Of a DNA stretch of 64,000 bases, positions 29,886 to 38,673 are shown piece after piece (the first letter of the stretch is position 1; each line of letters starts with the position of its first letter). Below the pieces are notes generated by a model, which saw only the letters and a list, made by a program, of their open reading frames with translations, did no database searches and had not been told where the DNA came from. Origin of the DNA: Vampirovibrionaceae bacterium NZW_1234 (GTDB lineage: Bacteria; Cyanobacteriota; Vampirovibrionia; Vampirovibrionales; JAGQHJ01); contig JBGUGD010000035.1 in NCBI GenBank assembly GCA_041697335.1, forward strand, positions 128,001 to 192,000. The letters run 5' to 3'. Both the position numbers and the translations under genes were made by a program.

Positions 29886-29915
29886 AGACCCCCGAAGCTG
29901 TTACTTCGAGGGTCT
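29886..29915. terminator. Hairpin between convergent genes
   Basis: AGACCCCCGAAG...CTTCGAGGGTCT. Confidence 0.55.
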
Positions 29916-29979
29916 ATCTGTTATTCGGGTTATTGGTCTCTGGCTCCTTGCCTAGCTTTGGAAGCCAAATCAGACACCC

Positions 29980-30174
29980 TCAACGGTTCCTCATTAAGGA
30001 CAGGGCCTGATCGAGTTGTTTGAGTTGTACCGTACTACTTTCTCGGTTGACGGCTTCAATCGACTCTTTCACCGATGCCTTTAAGGAATCTGATGAGTCT
30101 GATGATTCCTTGATGATTTGCTCTTCAGCTGGAGGAAAGGAGGAGAGATGTTGAACGTTGTGTTCCATCATCAT
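29980..30174 (-). CDS. Small hypothetical protein downstream of flagellin 1
   Basis: GAGGA SD, 64-aa ORF co-oriented with the flagellins. Confidence 0.5.
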   Translation of the reverse strand: MMMEHNVQHLSSFPPAEEQIIKESSDSSDSLKASVKESIEAVNRESSTVQLKQLDQALSLMRNR

Positions 30175-30261
30175 TACTACTTCCTCTCAGTTGAAAGCTA
30201 TGCGTCTTCTTGATTTGATTCCTTGAGGTTATTCCCCTGAGAATCAGGCCAAGAATTCGGA

Positions 30262-31104
30262 CTAGCCGATCAACCTGAGGGCAAGGGCAGAGGACTGATT
30301 GGCTTGAGCCAAGATACTGGTGGCTGCACTTTGTAGAATCTGGTTCCGAGCCAACCCAGCTGATTCTTGAGCAATGTCTGCATCACGAATCTGGGACCGG
30401 GAAGCTTCGAAGTTCTGAGAGGTAATCTGCAAGTTGCTGATAGCACTGGCGAACCGGTTTTGGAATGAACCGATGGACGCCCGTTTCGTAGAGACCGCAT
30501 TGATAGCCGTATCTACGGTAGACAGGAATGCCAATGCGCTTGCGTTACTAATAACAGCACCAGCGGATACAACAACACCTAAGGTGGTTGCAGAAGAGTC
30601 ACCCAATGCACCTGCAATGTTCAAGGTGTCTAAGGACTGAACAGCGTTAGCACCCACCTGGATCCGTAAGCTGGAAGGGGTGGCGGTAGACAACAGTTTA
30701 ATACCGTTGAATTCTGCCGAAGAAGCAATCCGGTTGATATCCGATAAACGAGCATCAATCTCTTGCTTAATAGCAGTTCTTTGTGACGAACCATTGGTGT
30801 CACTTGCGGCTTGAACCGTTAACTCTCGAATCCGTTGGAGGTTATCGTTGATAACGCTTAAGCTACCTTCGGCAACCGATAACAGGTTCACACCGTCTTG
30901 GGCATTGCTGACGGCCTGGTTGATACCTCGAATCTGGGAACCCAAGGTTTCGGAAATTTGTAGACCGGCAGCGTTATCCGATGCGCTGTTGATTTTTAAA
31001 CCTGATGCCAAGCGTTCCAAGTTTTTTTGCAACGCATTGGTATTTACACCTAACTGACGCTGAGCGTTAATCGACGCGGTATTGGTATTAACAACAAGTG
31101 CCAT
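30262..31104 (-). CDS. fliC: Flagellin (copy 1, minimal 280-aa D0/D1 type)
   Basis: VNTN..SINAQR, ASDNAAGL, LQRIRELTVQA, QVGAN, IRDADIAQE, ILAQAN. Confidence 0.97.
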   Translation of the reverse strand: MALVVNTNTASINAQRQLGVNTNALQKNLERLASGLKINSASDNAAGLQISETLGSQIRGINQAVSNAQDGVNLLSVAEGSLSVINDNLQRIRELTVQAASDTNGSSQRTAIKQEIDARLSDINRIASSAEFNGIKLLSTATPSSLRIQVGANAVQSLDTLNIAGALGDSSATTLGVVVSAGAVISNASALAFLSTVDTAINAVSTKRASIGSFQNRFASAISNLQITSQNFEASRSQIRDADIAQESAGLARNQILQSAATSILAQANQSSALALRLIG

Positions 31105-31384
31105 ATTTTATGTCTCCTTACATCGTTGTTTTTGGTATTCCATCCATAGAAAACCTTTCGGCTTACCGCACGAGCCCAATCTAAAGCAACACTAGGATGA
31201 GTCGTATATCCAGACATCGCTGCCTATACAACTAAAATAGAGCCGTCTTAATTGCGACTTGTTACAGTTCCCGAAAAGAAAATGAGTTGAGTTGCTGTGT
31301 TACCGTTTTCGTCTGAGGAGACAAAACCTAAAGAAAATTTCTTCCGGGAACCCGTTTTTTGTTACAAAGTTTTACAGACAAATC

Positions 31385-31413
31385 AAAAAAGGCCCTCGAA
31401 AGGGCCTTTTTTT
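31385..31413 (-). terminator. Rho-independent terminator after flagellin 2
   Basis: On - strand AGGCCCT-TTCG-AGGGCC-TTTTTT; A/T runs on both sides. Confidence 0.85.
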
Positions 31414-31439
31414 GAGCTAGGGACAAAGGCGATTAATTC

Positions 31440-32282
31440 TTATCCAATTAATTTCAAGGCCAGGCCAGGGGCTTGGTTGGCCTGCGCTAAAATGCTAGCA
31501 GATGCTTGTTGTAGAATCTGATTCCGAGACAGGTCTGCAGATTCTCTGGCCACGTCCACATTGCGAATGCGGGATTCGGAAGAGCTGAAGTTTTCAGACG
31601 TGACTTGCAAGTTGCTAATCGTACTGAGGAACCGGTTTTGGAAAGAACCGATAGTCGATCTACGACTAGAAACAGCACTTAGCGCAGTATCCACTGTAGC
31701 CAGGAAGGCTAAGGCACTTGAGTTACTGATAACGGCACCAGCTGATGCAATAACGCCAAGGGTAGTTGCTGTAGCATCACCCAATGCACCAGAAATATCT
31801 ACGGTGTCCAGGGATTGTACAGCATTCGCTCCCACTTGAATTCTCAAGCTTGCGGGGGTGCTGGAAGATAACAGCCTGATTCCGTTAAATTCGGTTGATG
31901 CTGCAATCCGGTTAATGTCAGCCAAACGGGCATCAATTTCCTGCTTAATTGCAGTCCGTTGGTTTGTACCGTTCGTGTCGTTTGCCGCTTGAACCGTGAG
32001 TTCCCGAATCCGTTGGAGGTTATCGTTAATAACACTCAAACTTCCTTCAGCTACTGACAATAAGTTCACCCCATCTTGAGCATTGCTAACAGCTTGGTTA
32101 ATCCCTCGGATCTGGGTGCGTAAATTTTCAGAAATTTGCAAACCAGCAGCATCGTCCGACGCTTTATTAATCCGAAAACCAGAAGCCAAACGTTCCAAAT
32201 TTTTCTGTAAAGCTTCGGTATTAGACGCTAAAGCACGTTGAGCATTAATAGATGCCGTATTAGTATTGACGACAAGTGCCAT
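31440..32282 (-). CDS. fliC: Flagellin (copy 2, 280 aa)
   Basis: SGFRINKASDDAAGL, LQRIRELTVQA, SRIRNVDVARE, ILAQANQ. Confidence 0.97.
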   Translation of the reverse strand: MALVVNTNTASINAQRALASNTEALQKNLERLASGFRINKASDDAAGLQISENLRTQIRGINQAVSNAQDGVNLLSVAEGSLSVINDNLQRIRELTVQAANDTNGTNQRTAIKQEIDARLADINRIAASTEFNGIRLLSSSTPASLRIQVGANAVQSLDTVDISGALGDATATTLGVIASAGAVISNSSALAFLATVDTALSAVSSRRSTIGSFQNRFLSTISNLQVTSENFSSSESRIRNVDVARESADLSRNQILQQASASILAQANQAPGLALKLIG

Positions 32283-32418
32283 AAATTGACTCCTTCTTTA
32301 TGTTCACTTTCCTTCCAAAGAAAGTGTTATTTCCTTCCTGTTTTACTATTAGCTCCCATCTGACGTTGGGAGAAATCGATTTAGGGTAAATGATTTAGGT
32401 AGTTATGTGATATGGATC

Positions 32419-33084
32419 AGCTCCTTTCTTGGGCTTTTTTATCGTGAGTAACCGGACTTCTCATGAACCGGGGGGAGGGAGATAGAGTTCCCAAACCATT
32501 TCCTGCCTTCCGAAGGGCCACGCATATAGCTCTAATACTGTGCTAAGCAAATGCAAGGATTCAGCAGCAGCTCATGGTTAACCACGGCAAGTATTCAATT
32601 GTTTTCCCCAAGCCGAGCAAAAACACCCGCCTGGGGCTGTCTGTTGCGCTTCCCAAGCCCGTCAACCTGATACATCAATCAAGTTGAGCGCATGTAGAAG
32701 CCCAAGATACGGTATATACATGCCGAATGTGTCATACCACTGCCACTCTAAAGTTGTTTGCCAAGAGTGGGGTAGTAAATACCCTAGGGCAGGTAACATC
32801 GGTCTCTTGAGATCGAGAAGAGAGAATACGGGTATCAACCGGCACTCTGCATGCTCGACAACAGACGAGAGCTATTCAATTGACACAGGCTAATTCACCT
32901 GACAGAGGTGTCTCCCAAGGATCAATTCAGATCCCAGACCTGTGGTGGTTCATGCGAAGACAGGTTCGGTCCTCACACGGGTCTGATTCAGAGGAGGTTT
33001 AATCTGGATGCGTATTGAATCAGGCCCACACGAGGGGGGAGGATTGGGCTTGCCAACGATTCTCGTTGACAAGCCCAAGGAGCC
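32419..33084 (-). ncRNA. Candidate large structured RNA or intercistronic leader between flagellins 3 and 2
   Basis: At least ten hairpins, many with G-U pairs only on the - strand; no convincing ORF; family unknown. Confidence 0.55.
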
Positions 33085-33954
33085 TTACTGCAAGAGTCTT
33101 AAAACAGCTTGCGGTGTCTGGTTGGCTTGAGATAAGACACTAATAGAAGCCTGCTGTAGGATTTGATTCCGAGTCAGCATGGCGTTTTCCGAGGCAATGT
33201 CTAAATCTCGAATACGGGATTCCGATGACGTAAAGTTTTCGATACCAAGCGTAATGTTCTGAATGGTACTATCCAACTGGTTTTGGAATGCCCCAATTAA
33301 GGCTCTTCGAGAGGATACTGCCGCCAAGGCAACATCAACATCGTTTAGGAATTTTCGGGCCACAGTACCGGTTGAAAACAAGATACTCGCCGTGGTTGTA
33401 AAGCCAGAAGACGTAGTAGCTCCTAAAAGGCCTAATGCCGTTGCTGCCGCATTGGCCAACGCATTAGCAATATCCAAGGTATCTGTCGATAAGCCGGAAT
33501 CAGACCCAATTTGCAGACGAGCATTGGTCGTTGATCCCGTCAGCAATGAAATGCCATTAAAACTGGTAGACTGAACAATGCGATCATTGTCTTCTAAGCG
33601 AGCTTTGATTTCACTTTCAATGGCTGCCCGCTGATCTCGGTTATTGGTTGCGTTTGCAGCTTGAACTGTCAATTCCCGAATCCGCTGAAAGTTTTCGTTA
33701 ATAACACTCAAACTTCCTTCAGCAATCTGTAAGATACTGATCCCATCTTGAGAATTCTGAAGTGCTGTTTTCAAACCACGAATTTTACTTCTGAGTTGTT
33801 CAGAAATGGTCAAGCCAGCAGCATCATCAGACGCTTTATTGATTCGAAAACCGGATGATAAGCGTTCCAACGATCGATTTAAGTTAATGTTATTGACGGA
33901 CAAATTGCGCTGAGCAATAAGCGACGCCATATTTGAATTCACAACTAAAGGCAT
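33085..33954 (-). CDS. fliC: Flagellin (copy 3, divergent, 289 aa)
   Basis: MPLVVNSN start with AAGGAG SD, KASDDAAGL, QRIRELTVQA, SRIRDLDIASE. Confidence 0.96.
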   Translation of the reverse strand: MPLVVNSNMASLIAQRNLSVNNINLNRSLERLSSGFRINKASDDAAGLTISEQLRSKIRGLKTALQNSQDGISILQIAEGSLSVINENFQRIRELTVQAANATNNRDQRAAIESEIKARLEDNDRIVQSTSFNGISLLTGSTTNARLQIGSDSGLSTDTLDIANALANAAATALGLLGATTSSGFTTTASILFSTGTVARKFLNDVDVALAAVSSRRALIGAFQNQLDSTIQNITLGIENFTSSESRIRDLDIASENAMLTRNQILQQASISVLSQANQTPQAVLRLLQ

Positions 33955-34413
33955 ACGCGTGTTCTCCTTAACTCGCTTTGCTACTTCCATGTAGCCCACA
34001 GCAATCATTGCTATGGGAGCTATTGAATTGAAAAATTTAAACGGATATTACAAACGAACTCTTGTTCCCTGTTATTTCCTTCTATGACTCCTGTTTTCCA
34101 AATTCTCCTTCCTGTTTTCCTGTTCCAATACGTGTATTTTTTTCTCTTATCCGGGTCTTCGGATAAGGGTTACCGATTCTTGAAATTTAATCCCAATAAC
34201 TCCTCCACATGGTGCAGTGCCCCCTGCTTCCTCAATCGACGGGTTTGTGCTAGAGTGAGCCATACAATGACACTTGCCTCTGTTGGATGCTTTTGAAGCA
34301 TCGATATACCCGATACAGAAGAACAAATAAGCAGTGTTTCGTAGTCGTATCGCGGGCTTTGGGCAAGCCGCCATTACAGGCAACTCACATGATTGGTTTA
34401 AGGAGAGGACAGT

Positions 34414-35790
34414 ATGAAAATCGCAGTCATTGGCGCCGGATACGTTGGCACTGTTACAGGCACCTGCCTGGCTGAGCTGGGGCATGATGTTTCCTGCTCG
34501 GATATGGATGAAGCCCGCATTCAAAAACTGAGTCGCGGGGAAGTTCCCTTTTTTGAAGCCAATCTTGAGCCTCTCCTGAAGACTAATTTGGAAGACGGGC
34601 GACTCACCTTCACGACCGATACTCGTGGCATTGTTAAAGATGCGGAAGTTGTTTTCATCTGTGTAGGTACCCCGCCTTTGCCCAATGGCAAGCCCGATAT
34701 GAAGCCCTTGGAAAAAGCTATTCAAGATGTATCTGCAGCACTTACAGGCTACACTTTGGTTGTTGAGAAAAGCACTCTACCCATTCGCACTGGTGAGTGG
34801 CTGGAGCAAAAACTACGAGAAGGCATGGCCGCTGATGCCGAGTTTGATATGGCGGCAGTGCCTCAGTTTCTGAGAGAAGGTTATGCTGTCCATGACTTTA
34901 TGAAACCTGATCGGATTGTTATCGGCGCCAACAGCCAACGAGCGATGGATTTGTTAGTTCAGATTTACAACCCGCTCAACTCACCTATCCTAATTACGGA
35001 TATTAATAGTGCTGAGCTGATTAAACATGCCTCCAACGCCTTCTTGGCAATGAAAATTTCCTTTATTAACTCTATTGCCCAAATCTGTGAAAAAACCGGA
35101 GCCGACATTATTAAAGTGGCCAAAGGCTTGGGCATGGATAAACGAATCTCCCATGATTATCTGAATGCCGGTGTGGGCTATGGCGGTATCTTTTTTCCAA
35201 AGGATATTGCCTCATTAGTCGCTATTGCCGACGAGTACAGCTTGAACCTCGACATTTTGAAATCAGTAGAAACCATTAACCGTTATCAACGATTAATGTT
35301 TATTGAAAAAATTGAACAGGCCTTGGGTGGAGCCTTAGAAGGAAAGAAAATTGGCCTCTGGGGACTGGCTTACCGCCCTTACACTGATGATATGCGAGAT
35401 GCCCCCAGTCTCACCATTATTCGGAGCCTCCAAAACCGAGGTGCCAAAATTAAAGCCTATGACCCTCTGGCTATGGAAGCCACTCGCAATATTTTTCCCC
35501 ATTTGGAATATGCAACAGATGCCTATGAAGCTGCTAAAGATGTAGATGCTATTGTTATTCTCACCGAATGGGATGAGTTTGAACGGATTAACTTCAAACT
35601 TTTAAAAGAAACAACAACGTGTCGCGTCATTGTAGATGGTCGGAACCTTTACCAACTGGAACGCATGGCCGATTTGGGCTTTAACTATATCAGTATTGGT
35701 CGTGTGCCTGCAAAAGCAAAGGCTGACAAGCCAAGTGGTAAAAATACAAAAGCTTCATCCAGCAAGACAAAATCCCTAGAAAAAGTCTAA
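34414..35790 (+). CDS. UDP-glucose dehydrogenase paralog lacking the catalytic Cys
   Basis: GAGYVG, KST and PDRIVIG conserved, but GYGGIFFPKD (C to F) and VPQFL (E to Q). Confidence 0.85.
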   Translation: MKIAVIGAGYVGTVTGTCLAELGHDVSCSDMDEARIQKLSRGEVPFFEANLEPLLKTNLEDGRLTFTTDTRGIVKDAEVVFICVGTPPLPNGKPDMKPLEKAIQDVSAALTGYTLVVEKSTLPIRTGEWLEQKLREGMAADAEFDMAAVPQFLREGYAVHDFMKPDRIVIGANSQRAMDLLVQIYNPLNSPILITDINSAELIKHASNAFLAMKISFINSIAQICEKTGADIIKVAKGLGMDKRISHDYLNAGVGYGGIFFPKDIASLVAIADEYSLNLDILKSVETINRYQRLMFIEKIEQALGGALEGKKIGLWGLAYRPYTDDMRDAPSLTIIRSLQNRGAKIKAYDPLAMEATRNIFPHLEYATDAYEAAKDVDAIVILTEWDEFERINFKLLKETTTCRVIVDGRNLYQLERMADLGFNYISIGRVPAKAKADKPSGKNTKASSSKTKSLEKV

Positions 35791-35929
35791 ACATATCCGC
35801 ATATCCTTTTTCGTCTCTCCCTCTGCAGGGAACAGTCTCATCCATATTGCCCTTTTCAGGGAGGGCTTCTAGAATATGGAATAAGATCGAGTGGGTTATA
35901 CAAACTGCCCCACGGATGGAGAGTGCTGG

Positions 35930-36589
35930 ATGTCGCCGGACCTGGATCACATTACCCGACTTAGCCAAGATACCGGACTGATCAAACTGGATAACCCCGC
36001 TTACAAGCCTGATTTGTTAGGCCTGGGGATGCGCAAGCGCATTGATTTTATGGCCTCCCATATGTTCAACCAGTTGAAAGAACATGAGGCCGCACAAAAA
36101 CGCACCGCCATTTTGTTTGAACAACTTCTCTGCCAACTAGAAGAGACTGTCACGTCATTTCAGGACGCTTTTTTTCGGCGAGATATACCCACGGGCAGCA
36201 TTTATGCCCAAATCGATGCAGATCGTTCAGTCGGAATTCTGCATTTGCTTTGGCATACCTTAAGTTTTACCACCCGAGGCAATACTTGCCCTATGGCGTT
36301 AAAGCGAAAAGGGCGTGATCCACTCTTTGCCGGCCGTATTATTGCTCTACTAGGCGACTATCGTGACAACGTGCATCAGTTAAATTCTCAGGATTACCCG
36401 GATGTCCTTGAAGATGAGCTGGCCTCTCTCTATATTCCCGCATCACTCACTCAGCCGGCTGTCATGAGGTTTCGCTACCGGGACGAAGAATATTTCTTCC
36501 ACCCAGCTGAGGCCACTCAACAGTTTTTACTCAAGATTCTAGAAACCGTTTGTGGTGGCGGCTATTACCACGAAAATATGCAGCATTAA
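35930..36589 (+). CDS. Hypothetical protein
   Basis: 219-aa ORF with GGAG SD; no recognised motif. Confidence 0.7.
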   Translation: MSPDLDHITRLSQDTGLIKLDNPAYKPDLLGLGMRKRIDFMASHMFNQLKEHEAAQKRTAILFEQLLCQLEETVTSFQDAFFRRDIPTGSIYAQIDADRSVGILHLLWHTLSFTTRGNTCPMALKRKGRDPLFAGRIIALLGDYRDNVHQLNSQDYPDVLEDELASLYIPASLTQPAVMRFRYRDEEYFFHPAEATQQFLLKILETVCGGGYYHENMQH

Positions 36590-36719
36590 ACTTGAACCAC
36601 CTCCATCATCTGTTTCTGGTGTTTCTGGGGAAAAACTAACGGTTTGGGCAGTTTTCGACCGTATTGTTTTAGGCCAAACTGAAAAGAGATTAGAGAAGGC
36701 GACGAGGGTAAACTCAACT

Positions 36720-37526
36720 ATGACTGTTCGTATTGGCCCGCGTGGCGCACGCATTGCACTTAACAATCGCCGAGAACTAGCTCAGCGTCTTGATGAGACA
36801 ATTTTACTCTTCCCATCCCAGGAAAATACAGAAAGTATCCTTCAAAAGCGGTGTACAATCGCCGGAAAAGAATCGATTCGCGCTGTTTGTGTTCGACCAG
36901 AACACGTGCATCTCGCCAAGGGTTTCCTGGAGGGAACTTCAACCAGGGTAGCAGCAGTGATTGGGTGTCCTCCATCTTCTCTTGATTTTGATCAGGAATA
37001 TCAGTCGCCCACGTTGGGCCAAATGTCCATCGAAACCAAAGTAAACCAGGCCCGCCAAGCCATTCTGGACGGGGCAGATGAAATTGACATTATTATGGAT
37101 ATGTCCGTTTTTAATCGCGCTAAACACACAAGTGGTGATGATCCCATGCAATATGAGATGGCCTTCCTGCAAGAGGCCTCTCTGGATCTTCCGATAAAGA
37201 TCATCGTTGAATCTCAACTATTGAGCCAAGAAGATTTGGCCCGGGCCACGACGGCAGCCCTCAATGCTGGGGCCAGCATGATTCAAATCGGCACTGATTT
37301 GTTCTCAGCACAGCAGGGTGATTTAGTACAAAGCATTCAACTCGTTCGTAAAACACTTCAAGGAGCATTGGTACAACCTATTCCCTGGGTTAAGGCTGTT
37401 GGAGGAATTCATACTATCAAAGTTGTGCTGCAATGCTTAGAAAATGGGGCTGATATCCTAGGTTGCCAGAATTGCAAAGATCTGCTGGATCAATTTGAAT
37501 CTCACTATGAAAGCACTTTTCAATAA
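36720..37526 (+). CDS. DeoC-like (deoxyribose-phosphate aldolase fold) protein with degenerate active site
   Basis: AVCVRP, VIGCP, GADEIDII, KIIVES, KAVGGI; KTSTG replaced by QIGTD; ORF open from 36552. Confidence 0.75.
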   Translation: MTVRIGPRGARIALNNRRELAQRLDETILLFPSQENTESILQKRCTIAGKESIRAVCVRPEHVHLAKGFLEGTSTRVAAVIGCPPSSLDFDQEYQSPTLGQMSIETKVNQARQAILDGADEIDIIMDMSVFNRAKHTSGDDPMQYEMAFLQEASLDLPIKIIVESQLLSQEDLARATTAALNAGASMIQIGTDLFSAQQGDLVQSIQLVRKTLQGALVQPIPWVKAVGGIHTIKVVLQCLENGADILGCQNCKDLLDQFESHYESTFQ

Positions 37527-37617
37527 GCGCTTTGCCATCACCGTAGAAACCTCTAGTATCTCCCCGGTTGAGTACGTATTATAATAGGACCAATATGGTT
37601 TGTAGAAGCACCCAATA

Positions 37618-38673
37618 ATGGCCATTTTCACTGCACTTTTGATCACCTTGGTATTACTGATAGCCATTGTCTGGGCCTGTACAATTTTCACCAATGCAAT
37701 TGAGTGGCTCGGCCACCGTTTCAAACTATCTGAAGGTGCTGTTGGAAGCGTACTAGCGGCTGTTGGCACTGCTCTTCCAGAAACCCTGGTTCCAACTGTG
37801 GCTCTGATTCAAGGCGCTGTTGCCCAATATACCGGCCACGGAGCTCAGGCAGCTGAAAACGCCGCACATATTGGTATTGGAGCCATTCTGGGTGCACCAT
37901 TCCTTTTAAGTACTCTAGGCTTTTGTCTGGTTGGCGGATCGGTCATCTATTTCTCCGCAAAACAGGTTCGCGGGCATGTTCTCCATATCGATTTGCATTT
38001 ATTCAAACGGGATCTCAAATTCTTCTTCCCAGCCTACGGTATGGTCTTTTTGGCCAGCTTTGTGCCCTCCATGTTGTTTAAATGGGCCTTGGCCATTGGA
38101 TTAATCGCTTTTTACGGCGTTTATGTTTACCAAACACTTCGAATTGAACATGTGCCTGATGAAGAATTCGAGCTTGAACCCTTGATGATTGCTCGCAAAT
38201 CTTCAGAGCCGGCAACAGCACTCATTGTGCTTCAAACTTTTTTAGGTCTTGCTGCTATTGTTCTGATGGCTCACTTATTTGTTGGACAAATTGAGTCTCT
38301 TTCCACTCTCTTCCAGCTGCCCCCCTTGCTATTAAGCTTGATTATTGCACCCATTGCCACAGAGCTACCAGAAAAGGTTAATAGCGTGTTCTGGATTGGC
38401 AAAAAAAGGGATAATTTGGCCCTAGGGAACATTACAGGAGCCATGGTCTTTCAAAGCTGTATTCCACCAGCCCTTGGGCTGGCCTTTACACCTTGGGTGT
38501 TAGATTTTCAAGGCCAGTTGAGTGTCATTCTCTGTTTCCTATCTGCAGCCGTGGCTTATTTTGGTGTCATGATGCGAGGCCTCTTATCACCAAACTATTT
38601 ATTAATAGGTGGCCTCTTCTATTTAGTCTTTCTTGTTTACAGTGTGGTAAAGATTCTTCATGGGGGCTCTTAA
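37618..38673 (+). CDS. Sodium/calcium exchanger family membrane protein
   Basis: Alpha repeats AVGTALPE and IATELPE, LALGNITG, about 10 TM segments. Confidence 0.85.
   Translation: MAIFTALLITLVLLIAIVWACTIFTNAIEWLGHRFKLSEGAVGSVLAAVGTALPETLVPTVALIQGAVAQYTGHGAQAAENAAHIGIGAILGAPFLLSTLGFCLVGGSVIYFSAKQVRGHVLHIDLHLFKRDLKFFFPAYGMVFLASFVPSMLFKWALAIGLIAFYGVYVYQTLRIEHVPDEEFELEPLMIARKSSEPATALIVLQTFLGLAAIVLMAHLFVGQIESLSTLFQLPPLLLSLIIAPIATELPEKVNSVFWIGKKRDNLALGNITGAMVFQSCIPPALGLAFTPWVLDFQGQLSVILCFLSAAVAYFGVMMRGLLSPNYLLIGGLFYLVFLVYSVVKILHGGS

Noticed and set aside
32684..32893. 69-aa ORF in the flagellin spacer
   Set aside because: TTG start, no clear SD, no motif, and opposite to the strand favoured by G-U pairing.
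33044..33078. Intrinsic terminator after flagellin 3
   Set aside because: Strong stem but followed by TCCTCCCC rather than a U-tract; treated as part of the structured RNA.
32283..33084. c-di-GMP riboswitch, tmRNA, RNase P RNA or self-splicing intron as explanation of the spacer
   Set aside because: By eye I found none of their hallmark motifs; only an isolated GGCAAAC. An Rfam scan is still needed.
34147..34725. 192-aa - strand ORF upstream of flagellin 3
   Set aside because: Largely antisense to the ugd paralog and runs through the divergent promoter region.
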